From: an uncultured Spirochaetota bacterium
GTDB taxonomy: Bacteria; Spirochaetota; Brevinematia; Brevinematales; JAOACQ01
Assembly (NCBI GenBank): GCA_963768055.1
Contig: CAVYGN010000001.1
Coordinates: 1,696,001-1,760,000 of the forward strand
Direction of reading: 5' to 3'
Length of the DNA: 64,000 nt
This document shows, in pieces, positions 17,701 to 26,320 of this stretch; the stretch's first letter is position 1, and each line of letters starts with the position of its first letter. Both the position numbers and the translations under genes were made by a program. The notes under the pieces are model-generated. The model did no database searches, had not been told where the DNA came from, and saw nothing but the letters and a program-made list of their open reading frames with translations.

Positions 17701-20383
17701 GAGGGAAAAAATACATAATGTTGAACAGATGATTATAACCGACAGCGCAGCCGTAATACCGGTAAAAATAACAAAAGAACTTGTCCCTAACGCTTATATA
17801 TCTGTAATGCTCTTTACCGGTAGAAGCGGGACCAATCAGGTAAAAAATGATGAAGATCTGGCCAGGCCGAATTACAGGATAGGCTATATAAACCTGAAGG
17901 TTGTTCCGGACGGAAAAAAACTGAAAGTGAATATCGTGACGGATTCAACTAATTACCGCCCCGGCGATACTGCAAGGGTAACGATCGAGGCAAGGGATCC
18001 GGCCGGAGGGATGGTCGATAATGCGGAGATCACGGTATCCGTGGCTGATAAAGGGATTTTAAATCTCGTCAATTATGAACTCCCCGACCCCTTATATAAC
18101 TTTTACGGCCCCAGGGAATTGGCGATATACACCAGCGAAATGAGGGAGTATATATTCGGACAGCGTTATCTATCCGAAAAGGGTGAAATTGTAGGTGGCG
18201 ACGGGTCTGCTCTGTTCAAATCCCTTGGGCTGGGCATGAACCCAAGGCTGGATTTTAAATCTTCCGCTTATTATAACGATAAGATTATTATTTCAAACGG
18301 CATGCCTGCCGAATTCACTTTTAAGATACCGGACAACCTGACAACCTGGAAAATAATGGCGATAGCGCAGACAAAAGACTCGTCATTCGGGAACGGCAGT
18401 GCCGTTATAACAGCCAGTAAGCCCCTGATGGTGCTTTCAACACTGCCCCGCTTCCTGAGAATCAATGATTCGGTCGAGGCCGGGGCAATGATCTATAATT
18501 ATACGGGAAGAGACGGAAACATGACCGCGGCGATAGAGGCGGGCGGATCGGTCAATTTCTCAGGCGGCCAGAGTACAAATATATTCATTCCTGTCAACTC
18601 TTCCAGGGAGGTGTTATTCCGTTTTTCGGTCCCTCCCCAGGAAATACACGATATTAAATTCACCCTTATGGTGAAATCCGGCACGGAAGGCGACGGATTT
18701 GTCGAAACCCTTCCCCTTAAAAACAATCAGAATTTTGAAACAATGTCATTTTATGAAATGATCGGGGACGCCGCCGCAAAACATCAGAAGCTCCTTGTTT
18801 CAGAAAATATTCTTCCCGGGTCCGGCAAGGCTCTCCTGATGCTTTCTCCATCCGCCTTCACCGAACTGAAGGGCAGTGTGGATTATCTTGTGGAATACCC
18901 TTACGGCTGTCTCGAGCAGAAATCCTCATCTATCCTGCCCCTTATACTCGGAGAAGATATCATACTGAAAACAGGGCTTCTGAAATTTAAAACCAGGGAT
19001 GACCTGAGGAATTTAGTGTCGAAAGTCCTTTCCGAAATTCCAGGGTATGCCGGTAAAAAAGGCTTTAAATACTGGACCGATTCGGATTACGAGCCGAATT
19101 CCTATCTGACCGTATATACCGCTTTTGTACTGACAATGGCTAAAGAAAAGGGTTATCAGATTCCGGGTGATCTTTACGGCAGGGCTGTGGACTGGGTAAA
19201 GGAGTACGCAGCCGGGCGGGGAGCCCTGGAAAGTCCCGGCTGGAATTATTACAACGCCCTGGTCCGAAGCTTCGCCTTATATGTCTCAGCGCTTAACGGG
19301 TTTATCGAGCCCGCTGATATAAAAGAAACGTACCTGGAGTTTACGGAAAAAGTAAAAGACGACATGCCTGCAGCCGGTTTTCTGTTAAAAACGCTTTCAA
19401 TGGCCCCCGATTTTACCGGCAGGGGCGATATGATTGCCGCTATAACAAAAAGTTTTCTTGAAAAGGCCAAAATTTCAGCATCGACAGCTTATTTTCAAAC
19501 CTATAACGATTGGGACTGGTTTTATTACGATAACATAGTCTCTACCGCAGTGATCCTGCAGGCATTGATCGAGGCTAAAGTGCAATTTAACGACTCGTAC
19601 AAGGTTATAAACTGGCTTATCCAGGAAAGGAAGGGGGAAAACTGGCTCTCTACTCATGAGAATGCGATGGTTTTCTGGGCTTTCAACACTTACCTGGAAA
19701 AGTTTGAAAAAGATAACCCGAATTTCAGGGCTATTGTGTCCGAGGCAAACAAGGAAATAATAAACGCTGTTTTCAAAAGCAGGACTGACAGGACCATGAC
19801 CGGAGAGTACGATATTAACAGCGGCCTAAAGGGCAGCCTTGATTTTACATTTAATAAACAGGGCGCCGGGACCCTTTACTATTTTCTTAGATTCAACTAC
19901 CTTCTTAAAAAATACCCCCAGGTCAGGAATTCGGGATTATCAATTTTAAAAAATTACTATGATTACGGTACAGGCAAACCCGTGGAAAACGGTAAATTTA
20001 TCCGCGGGAACCGCTATATTGTAAAAATAGAATTAACCACCCCGGCGGACAGAAATTTCGTTATCCTTGACGATCAGCTCCCGGCCGGTTTTGAGCCTGT
20101 GAATCTCGATTTCGCCACGGAGAAAAACGAGAAAAAAATCAGCGAGGGAGAAACTCAAAATGAATACTGGTGGTGGGGATCTTTCGAACACAGGGAACAA
20201 TACAGGGACCGCGTGCTCTTCAGCGCAATGCATCTTAAGTCCGGAAAGCATATTATCCAGTATATTGTAAGGGCTGTCGCAGTTGGGAATTACAGGGTTC
20301 CTCAGATAAAGGCCGAAGAAATGTACGATCCGGAGGTATTCGGATATACATATCAACCCGACATTGAAGTTATAAAAGAATGA
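14705..20383 (+). CDS. Bacterial alpha-2-macroglobulin lipoprotein (YfhM-like)
   Basis: AGGAGG RBS. Lipobox SFFSC. MG domains (SDRFLYKPGE, PDNLTTWK, LPRFLR), thioester YPYGCLEQ, D.LPAGFE and EEMYDPEVFG. Confidence 0.95.
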   Translation: MKNRLILFLSIISILSFFSCSNNGKKIVTVIDANRGPGAGEESDYNSDYGQLNFSFSTNIFELSDFDTMTNEIMNKLSVSIDPPVKGIWQPVGPNEAAFIFLEKLKPSTLYTVSIDEKKLTTNGKPGIIAYVNGERTDNGKYVFMTRRIEVSSYFISGMKTDLYISLSFNAPVGLPDLTNKLKIENIYGGKPLNYRASYDVLTNTIESNDVLMNIVTTSDRSFIIKPEGLVKAQDYRLKVGSGLNAAEGNLGMLADYYQDFSTYKRLQFKNMSSSSYEGSGPVMYYPDDTILFEFNNPLDKSLDPRKLISSTPTIENESVSIGDNFIYLSGNFIGESKYRFRVNPAVSDIYSQKLDYTVEREISFSHGISIFGVPEGYMVMENYLPPILPMKMRNVSSFKVSYVFLQDKDKITGYLNLKNNERKTFFEKNKISKDHRVKWVWDRFFNYRLDFSSMLKNNSGLLIYRISPRAENQRENSDLDRAGTILFTDLGISVKSGPDSTLVFVRSLKDNSPVEGAAVYELENENKSLGLLTLRGKTDSNGILSFAGDYPSPMVFAEKDGIITLNYGERMNYYYGDEEGYGSGNKNWANIVHRGTDYYLNETNLLLFSDRFLYKPGEKVDVKGIARFRHSDDWSDLPADGKRNEFKFTVNNSRGEEVTNLVATADDWGSLHFSLKIPEKSPTGYYRISWGEYSGIDISVEDFKPAKAEMRIVSSKEIFKWGDTFESDIIGWYLFGAPVIKPIHYSVSASPVTYASLKYPEYNFGQLWWEGGERRDNSFSLVSGIGFPDKSGKIHVEKIIRRDDFKGDAQLMISAETRLDDNSTVYGTKSGINLYNPVHIGILLKDYFVETGHSFNISLVALNENEEIEPDQPVTVQVEKRDWYSYQKAGVNGRLEWEWEMIKTNVFEQTLRLGKAEIPLTLSEPGYYVARAKTFIRGHEGISETDFYVFGKGEVGWMVPNNNEIDLSSDKKEYHTGDTALVLVKNPFQKATALITVEREKIHNVEQMIITDSAAVIPVKITKELVPNAYISVMLFTGRSGTNQVKNDEDLARPNYRIGYINLKVVPDGKKLKVNIVTDSTNYRPGDTARVTIEARDPAGGMVDNAEITVSVADKGILNLVNYELPDPLYNFYGPRELAIYTSEMREYIFGQRYLSEKGEIVGGDGSALFKSLGLGMNPRLDFKSSAYYNDKIIISNGMPAEFTFKIPDNLTTWKIMAIAQTKDSSFGNGSAVITASKPLMVLSTLPRFLRINDSVEAGAMIYNYTGRDGNMTAAIEAGGSVNFSGGQSTNIFIPVNSSREVLFRFSVPPQEIHDIKFTLMVKSGTEGDGFVETLPLKNNQNFETMSFYEMIGDAAAKHQKLLVSENILPGSGKALLMLSPSAFTELKGSVDYLVEYPYGCLEQKSSSILPLILGEDIILKTGLLKFKTRDDLRNLVSKVLSEIPGYAGKKGFKYWTDSDYEPNSYLTVYTAFVLTMAKEKGYQIPGDLYGRAVDWVKEYAAGRGALESPGWNYYNALVRSFALYVSALNGFIEPADIKETYLEFTEKVKDDMPAAGFLLKTLSMAPDFTGRGDMIAAITKSFLEKAKISASTAYFQTYNDWDWFYYDNIVSTAVILQALIEAKVQFNDSYKVINWLIQERKGENWLSTHENAMVFWAFNTYLEKFEKDNPNFRAIVSEANKEIINAVFKSRTDRTMTGEYDINSGLKGSLDFTFNKQGAGTLYYFLRFNYLLKKYPQVRNSGLSILKNYYDYGTGKPVENGKFIRGNRYIVKIELTTPADRNFVILDDQLPAGFEPVNLDFATEKNEKKISEGETQNEYWWWGSFEHREQYRDRVLFSAMHLKSGKHIIQYIVRAVAVGNYRVPQIKAEEMYDPEVFGYTYQPDIEVIKE

Positions 20384-20402
20384 TAAGTTAAGGAGATTAT
20401 TT

Positions 20403-22235
20403 ATGAATTCCATCGTGATTTTGATAACGGCCATACTGGTTTTTGTAATAGCTTACCGCTATTATTGCGCGTTTATCACGGCCAAGGTGCTGCCGGTCAA
20501 TCCCGCCAATAAGACTCCGGCTTACAGGTATAAAGACGGGCAGGATTATCACCCAACCAACAAATTCGTTCTTTTCGGGCATCATTTTGCTGCGATCGCC
20601 GGTGCAGGGCCCCTTGTAGGTCCGGTCCTCGCCGCCCAGTTCGGTTTCCTGCCGGGGCTTATCTGGATCCTCATCGGATCGGTCCTCGCAGGTGCTGTTC
20701 ATGATTATGTCATTCTCTTCGCCTCGGTACGCCATAACGGCGAGTCGCTCCATAAAATCGCACGAACCTATGTCGGCAAGCTGACCGGCGGCGCTTCAGC
20801 CGCGGCCATCCTTTTTATAATAATAACGGCCCTGGCCGGTTTATCGATAGTCGTTGTCAACGCGCTTAACAAGAGCGCATGGGGCACTTTCACGATTGCC
20901 GCGACTATCCCTACCGCCCTGTTGGTGGGGCTTTATATGAACGTCATAAGGAAAGACAGGATTTTCGAAGCATCTTTATTAGGGGTTATACTCCTGATAG
21001 CCGGCGTGTTTTTCGGGTACTATATTCAACATTCCGCCCTGGCGGCTTTTTTCATGTTCGATACGAAACAACTGGCTATCATAATAGCAATATACGGTTT
21101 CTGTGCGTCGGTACTGCCGGTATGGCTGCTTCTGACCCCCAGGGATTATATCAGCTCATACTTAAAAATCGGCACGATAGCCCTTTTAGCTGTCGGGATA
21201 TTCTTCGTCATGCCCGAAATAAAAATGCCTGCAGTAACAAAGTTTATTGATGGAAGCGGTCCGATCTTCCCCGGCAAGGTCTGGCCTTATGTCTGCATCA
21301 CTATCGCCTGCGGGGCTATTTCAGGTTTCCATTCATTGATCTCGTCAGGTACAACGCCGAAGATGCTGATGAATGAAAAGGATATGCCGATGATCGGATA
21401 CGGCGCAATGCTCATGGAAGGGTTCGTTTCTGTAATGGCTCTTATCGCGGCTACCTCTCTTTTCCCCCAGGATTATTTTGCCATAAACTGTACGAAGGAT
21501 TCTTTTGCGGCTCTGATGATGACCCCTGTAAACCTTAACGATCTTTCAAAGATGGTTCAGGAGAATATTACAGCCAGGCCCGGCGGAGCCGTATCGCTTG
21601 CTGTAGGGATGGCGCAGATATTCTCGAACATCCCGGGGATGAAGCAGTTGATGGGATTCTTATATCATTTCATAATTATGTTCGAGGCCCTGTTCATCCT
21701 GACGACAGTAGATGCGGGAACAAGAGTCGCAAGGTATATTACTCAGGATATAGCCGGGAAGGTTATAAAACCGATGGGAAACAGAAAGTGGCTTCCCGGA
21801 ATACTGATAACCAGCGCACTGGTAGTCCTTGCATGGGGTTATCTTGTTTATAACGGAGATATCGGGACAATATGGCCGATGTTCGGCGTGGCGAACCAGC
21901 TTCTTGCGACCGCTGCGCTTGCGATAGGGACTTCCGTTATCCTGAGAAACAATAAAAAGCCGGCATATGCTCTGATTACTTTCATACCGATGGTTTTTAT
22001 GTTCGCAACAACCGTGACGGCAGGAGCCATGAATATTTTTATCAATTACCTGCCTAAAAAGAACTTTAACGGTTATCTTAACGCAGGGCTATCCGGTATC
22101 ATGCTTATACTGGTCGTCATAATCGTCGGGGATTGTTTCGTCAAATGGTTCGGATATTATAAGAAGGGTATCCCCCCCGTCAGGATAAGTCCGCTCACTG
22201 GTGTCCTGGAACCTTCGCTTGAAGTTCCCGATTAA
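20403..22235 (+). CDS. cstA: Carbon starvation protein A (peptide/pyruvate transporter)
   Basis: DGQDYHPT, FGHHFAAIAGAGPLVGP, LLTPRDY, CGAISGFHSL, IWPMFGVANQLLA. Confidence 0.95.
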   Translation: MNSIVILITAILVFVIAYRYYCAFITAKVLPVNPANKTPAYRYKDGQDYHPTNKFVLFGHHFAAIAGAGPLVGPVLAAQFGFLPGLIWILIGSVLAGAVHDYVILFASVRHNGESLHKIARTYVGKLTGGASAAAILFIIITALAGLSIVVVNALNKSAWGTFTIAATIPTALLVGLYMNVIRKDRIFEASLLGVILLIAGVFFGYYIQHSALAAFFMFDTKQLAIIIAIYGFCASVLPVWLLLTPRDYISSYLKIGTIALLAVGIFFVMPEIKMPAVTKFIDGSGPIFPGKVWPYVCITIACGAISGFHSLISSGTTPKMLMNEKDMPMIGYGAMLMEGFVSVMALIAATSLFPQDYFAINCTKDSFAALMMTPVNLNDLSKMVQENITARPGGAVSLAVGMAQIFSNIPGMKQLMGFLYHFIIMFEALFILTTVDAGTRVARYITQDIAGKVIKPMGNRKWLPGILITSALVVLAWGYLVYNGDIGTIWPMFGVANQLLATAALAIGTSVILRNNKKPAYALITFIPMVFMFATTVTAGAMNIFINYLPKKNFNGYLNAGLSGIMLILVVIIVGDCFVKWFGYYKKGIPPVRISPLTGVLEPSLEVPD

Positions 22236-22254
22236 GGGCACTTCACGCCCTTAA
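22232..22254. terminator. Small hairpin between convergent cstA and M50 protease genes
   Basis: TTAAGGGC-ACTTCAC-GCCCTTAA. The arms include both stop codons. Confidence 0.4.
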
Positions 22255-23378
22255 GTATTGAGCTCCATTTTAAGGGAAAGCACCCTTAATATATCTTTCG
22301 ACGTGATGACGCCGGCGAGTTTTCCGTCCTGAACCACTGCCAGCCGGGTTATTCCCGTACGGTTCATCAAGGCCCAGGCTTCGATAACGTTAAGGCCGGG
22401 ATCGATAATATTTGAAGCGGGGTATTTTTTTGTCATTTCCTCCACTCTCCTGGCACCCCATTCGGACCGCGGGATATCCCTGACCTGTTCCGTAGTAACG
22501 CAGCCTACAAGATTTCCATCTTCGACTACGGGAAACATTTTGTGATGGTACTTATAGATATAGTTTTCGACAAGATCGTTCACCGATATGTCGGGAGGAA
22601 CGGATATCGCATTCCTCATCATTATATCGGCCACTTTTTCTCCTGCGAGGACTTCGTTAAACAATACCCTTTTATAGCTCGTACGGGCCGCGTTATCGAG
22701 AAAAAAGCCTATCACAAACCACCATACGCCGTTTATAATATAACCGAAAATAAATTGCACAATCCCAAGGATTATCAGCGTTATGCCGAAAACCGACCCG
22801 ATTATTGTAGCAGCCCTTGTCGCTTTTCTTAAATTTTTCATCCACTTCCAGAGGGCCGCACGGAAGATCCTTCCCCCGTCAAGCGGAAAGGCAGGGATGA
22901 GATTGAACGCAGCAAGCGCCAGATTGATAACAGCAAGATAGCCCAGTACGCCTTTAACCTGATCGGAAAGGTTAGCCAATAATGCGCCTGCCCTGGCAAG
23001 ATAAAATATAATGCCGATAAAGATGCTCGTTACGGGACCTGCAATAGCCATAAGGAACTCGACCTTTGCGCTCCCCGGTTCTTCGGATAAACTGGCTACC
23101 CCGCCGAAGAGAAAAAGGGTTATCGACTTAATAGGCAATCCGTACTTTCCGGCAACGATCGAATGGCTTACCTCATGTAATACTATCGAGGCGAACAGTC
23201 CTATGGCCCCGCAAAAACCCATTATCCAGAAATCCGTTTGGGTCAGGTTGTGATAATAAAATGGAAAAAGGCCCGTTGCAAGCGACCATGTGATCAAAAC
23301 AACTATAATTATCCAGCTCAAATCGATCCTTATATCAAAACCGAAAAGCTTGAATATACTGATGGATCTTCCGAACAT
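22251..23378 (-). CDS. Site-2 (M50) zinc metalloprotease with C-terminal CBS pair
   Basis: LHEVSH, AIAGP, FNLIPAFPLDGGR, and two CBS repeats. Confidence 0.93.
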   Translation of the reverse strand: MFGRSISIFKLFGFDIRIDLSWIIIVVLITWSLATGLFPFYYHNLTQTDFWIMGFCGAIGLFASIVLHEVSHSIVAGKYGLPIKSITLFLFGGVASLSEEPGSAKVEFLMAIAGPVTSIFIGIIFYLARAGALLANLSDQVKGVLGYLAVINLALAAFNLIPAFPLDGGRIFRAALWKWMKNLRKATRAATIIGSVFGITLIILGIVQFIFGYIINGVWWFVIGFFLDNAARTSYKRVLFNEVLAGEKVADIMMRNAISVPPDISVNDLVENYIYKYHHKMFPVVEDGNLVGCVTTEQVRDIPRSEWGARRVEEMTKKYPASNIIDPGLNVIEAWALMNRTGITRLAVVQDGKLAGVITSKDILRVLSLKMELNT

Positions 23379-23537
23379 GTAAACCTTCTTTAATTCAAAA
23401 CCCAATAAAATATAACGAGCGGAACTGCTTTACGTCAAATAAGGTTTTCACTGAATTCTTTCAAACTAAAAAATAGCATTTTTTGAAAACAGCCCCTACG
23501 ATAAAAAGGATGAAAACTATAGGAGAGGATTTATAGA

Positions 23538-25259
23538 GTGCCTGAATTATTCATTATCGACTCCTCAAGCCCTTTTTTTACAAAGCTCCCCGGCGAGAAC
23601 ATAAATTGGTCAAAAACCCCCTTCGACAGGCTTGAAAAAGACGGGACATTCGATAAAAAAAGCCATAAAAACATCAGGGGCCTTTTCAGGGATTACATCG
23701 GTAAGGTTTCCAAAATGGGTTATAACGCGCTTGCTATCGACGATATGGCGCATATGGTGATTCAGCCGTTTTACGGGGATTTTTTGAAGGATAAATTAAG
23801 AAAATATTCCAGGGAATTTAAGATCCTCATAAGGGAATCCGTCCTCTCCGGGTTAAGGGTATTTGTCACTACCGATATAATGTTTTTTAACGAATTTATC
23901 AGGGACTATATGAAAATAAACAGGATAGGATTGAAAAGGATCCTCACTTCATATCTTGAACTCCTCTTCGGCGAGTACCCTGAAATAGAAGGGGTTATCT
24001 TCAGGATCGGCGAATCCGACGGGGTGGATGTGGAGGGCGATTTCACAAGTTCCATTGTTGTAAGAACGCCTGAATATGCAAACTCCCTTATCAGGCGTCT
24101 CCTGCCGGTTTTTGAAAACAGGAAAAAGCTCTTCTTACTGCGGACATGGACAACCGGGGGATATTCGATAGGCGACCTGATGTGGAACGGGAAAACACTT
24201 GAGAAATTGACCTCCGGGATCAACAGCCGGTATTTCATATTATCGCTGAAATACGGGACCGCGGATTTTTTCAGGCATTTGAAGCTTAACCCGCTTTTCT
24301 ATAAAGAAGGGCTTAGAAAGATAATCGAACTCCAGGCCAGAAGGGAATACGAAGGTTTCGGCGAATTCCCGTCTTATATAGGGGAAGATTATTCTGCTTA
24401 CCATGATCAGTTAAAAAATAGAGAAGACATTCTTGGTATATTTGTATGGTGCCAGACCGGGGGCTGGTCAGCTTTCAGGAATTTCACATTTATGAAAAAG
24501 AGTTCCATCTGGAATGAAATCAATACATTCGTAACTATTAAAATTTTCAGGGAAGGGTTATCGGCCGAACAATCGGCGAGACTCTATTTTGATGAATATT
24601 TGAGCGGGGAAAAGCGGAAAAACCGATTCCGGGATTTCTATGAATTCCTTCTCCTGTCCGATAAGGCCGTTAAAAACCTCTACTATGATCCGGAGTTCGC
24701 AAAAAAAGAATATTATTTCAATAAGATAAGGATATCCCCTCTTCTGCACATCCTCTGGGACCAGGTCACCCTGACCGGCCTTGTAGTCCTTGCCTACCGC
24801 TCATTCACCACCGATTGGGAAAAATCCCTGGAAAAGGGAAAGCGTGCTCTTATATCGATTAAACGGATGGGCGTCTTAAATTCGGTTCTGGGTCTTCCCT
24901 ATGATTATAAATTTCACTACAGGACGTTCAGGCTCCTTTACCTATGCCGGCAGATCATATACGGAAGAAAAGGGGGGAAGCCTCAAGAAAAGATGAACAG
25001 GCTTTTAAAAAAATACAGGTCGGATTACCCGGCAGGTTATCATTTTTACATTAATTTTAAAAAAAACTATTTTGCCCCGCTTTTTAAATTCTTTTTAGGC
25101 ATTTTTATCAGGAAAAGGGCCCGCTATAGACTTCTTGACAGGCTGTTATATAACTCGCTCACAACCGGCCTGCTTATAACCATATACAGGCTTATCCGCG
25201 GGAACTTCCCCCTGGTCGCCGGGAAGCGGGGTATGCCTGTGACTACTTTTTTCAAATAA
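23538..25259 (+). CDS. Conserved hypothetical protein, distant GH67-like TIM barrel
   Basis: GTG start with AGGAGAGG RBS. RIGESDG, KYGTADFF and ELQARREYEG recall GH67 K.GP.DF / E.QITQEY.G. No signal peptide. Confidence 0.5.
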   Translation: MPELFIIDSSSPFFTKLPGENINWSKTPFDRLEKDGTFDKKSHKNIRGLFRDYIGKVSKMGYNALAIDDMAHMVIQPFYGDFLKDKLRKYSREFKILIRESVLSGLRVFVTTDIMFFNEFIRDYMKINRIGLKRILTSYLELLFGEYPEIEGVIFRIGESDGVDVEGDFTSSIVVRTPEYANSLIRRLLPVFENRKKLFLLRTWTTGGYSIGDLMWNGKTLEKLTSGINSRYFILSLKYGTADFFRHLKLNPLFYKEGLRKIIELQARREYEGFGEFPSYIGEDYSAYHDQLKNREDILGIFVWCQTGGWSAFRNFTFMKKSSIWNEINTFVTIKIFREGLSAEQSARLYFDEYLSGEKRKNRFRDFYEFLLLSDKAVKNLYYDPEFAKKEYYFNKIRISPLLHILWDQVTLTGLVVLAYRSFTTDWEKSLEKGKRALISIKRMGVLNSVLGLPYDYKFHYRTFRLLYLCRQIIYGRKGGKPQEKMNRLLKKYRSDYPAGYHFYINFKKNYFAPLFKFFLGIFIRKRARYRLLDRLLYNSLTTGLLITIYRLIRGNFPLVAGKRGMPVTTFFK

Positions 25260-25278
25260 ACGACCGGGGGTTTATATC

Positions 25279-26244
25279 ATGAAATTCCTCCTTATTGTTA
25301 ATCCTACTTCGGGAACCCGAAGGCAAAAAAATTATATCGATTACGTCAAGTCTTATTTTGAAAGACATGGCCTTGAACTCGTAGTAGTTTTTACAAAATA
25401 TTCCGGGCATGCTGAAAAAATTGCAAGGGATGCTTGCGTTTATGACTATGATTGTATAATAGGGGCTGGCGGCGATGGGACAATCAACGAGGTCCTTAAC
25501 GGCATGATCGGCTCGTCAAAAAAAATGGGGATAATCCCCTGGGGTACAGGCAACGTTTTCGCTAAAGAAATGGGTTTTCCCAGAAGCCTGCGAAAGATCT
25601 GTAAAATAATCAGGAAGGGGAGGAGCCTGAAACTTGACGCTGCCAGGAGCAATAACCGGTATTTTCTTTTAATGTGCGGGGCAGGCTTTGACGCTTATAT
25701 GATTAAACAGATCCAGAGCCTTGGATTAAAGAAAAAGCTGGGACAGATCGTGTTTATTCTCGGGGCCCTTAAAGCGATTTTAAAATATAGCTATCCCCCG
25801 ATCGAGGTTGAAATCGACAAAAAATTCAGGGAAAAGGGAAGTTTTGTCCTGGTATCGAATATAAGCCGTTACGGGGTTTATTTTACGATAAGCCCCCGGG
25901 CGAACCCTATCGACGGGCTGCTCGATGTTTTTATTTATAAAAAGAGCGGTTACCTGGCTATGCTGGGGTTGATATTCCGCGTGGCATTCACATTTTTCCA
26001 TTTCAACGCACTTAGCTTTTTCCCGATTTTTATGAGGAGGGCTGCTTATTACCAGGCTAAAAGCGTAAGGATCTCTTCCAACCGTTACGTGTATACGCAG
26101 CTTGACGGCGAATTGTCGGGCAGTCTGCCTGTCGGGATCGAGTCCGTCCCTGCCGCGATCAACTGCATACTCCCGAGGAGGGCGATCAAGAAGTACATTA
26201 AACAAGCGTTAAAGAATCGTGCAAATTATGTTAAAAACATTTAA
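25279..26244 (+). CDS. Diacylglycerol/lipid kinase (YegS/DgkB family)
   Basis: IVNPTSG, GGDGTINEV, IPWGTGNVFA, GAGFDA, QLDGE. Confidence 0.92.
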   Translation: MKFLLIVNPTSGTRRQKNYIDYVKSYFERHGLELVVVFTKYSGHAEKIARDACVYDYDCIIGAGGDGTINEVLNGMIGSSKKMGIIPWGTGNVFAKEMGFPRSLRKICKIIRKGRSLKLDAARSNNRYFLLMCGAGFDAYMIKQIQSLGLKKKLGQIVFILGALKAILKYSYPPIEVEIDKKFREKGSFVLVSNISRYGVYFTISPRANPIDGLLDVFIYKKSGYLAMLGLIFRVAFTFFHFNALSFFPIFMRRAAYYQAKSVRISSNRYVYTQLDGELSGSLPVGIESVPAAINCILPRRAIKKYIKQALKNRANYVKNI

Positions 26245-26320
26245 TGATTTTTAAATAATTATTCTATTGTAATTAAGCCTCAAGCGTTTTATAATCCAAT
26301 GGTGTAATTTGAGGTTTTAA

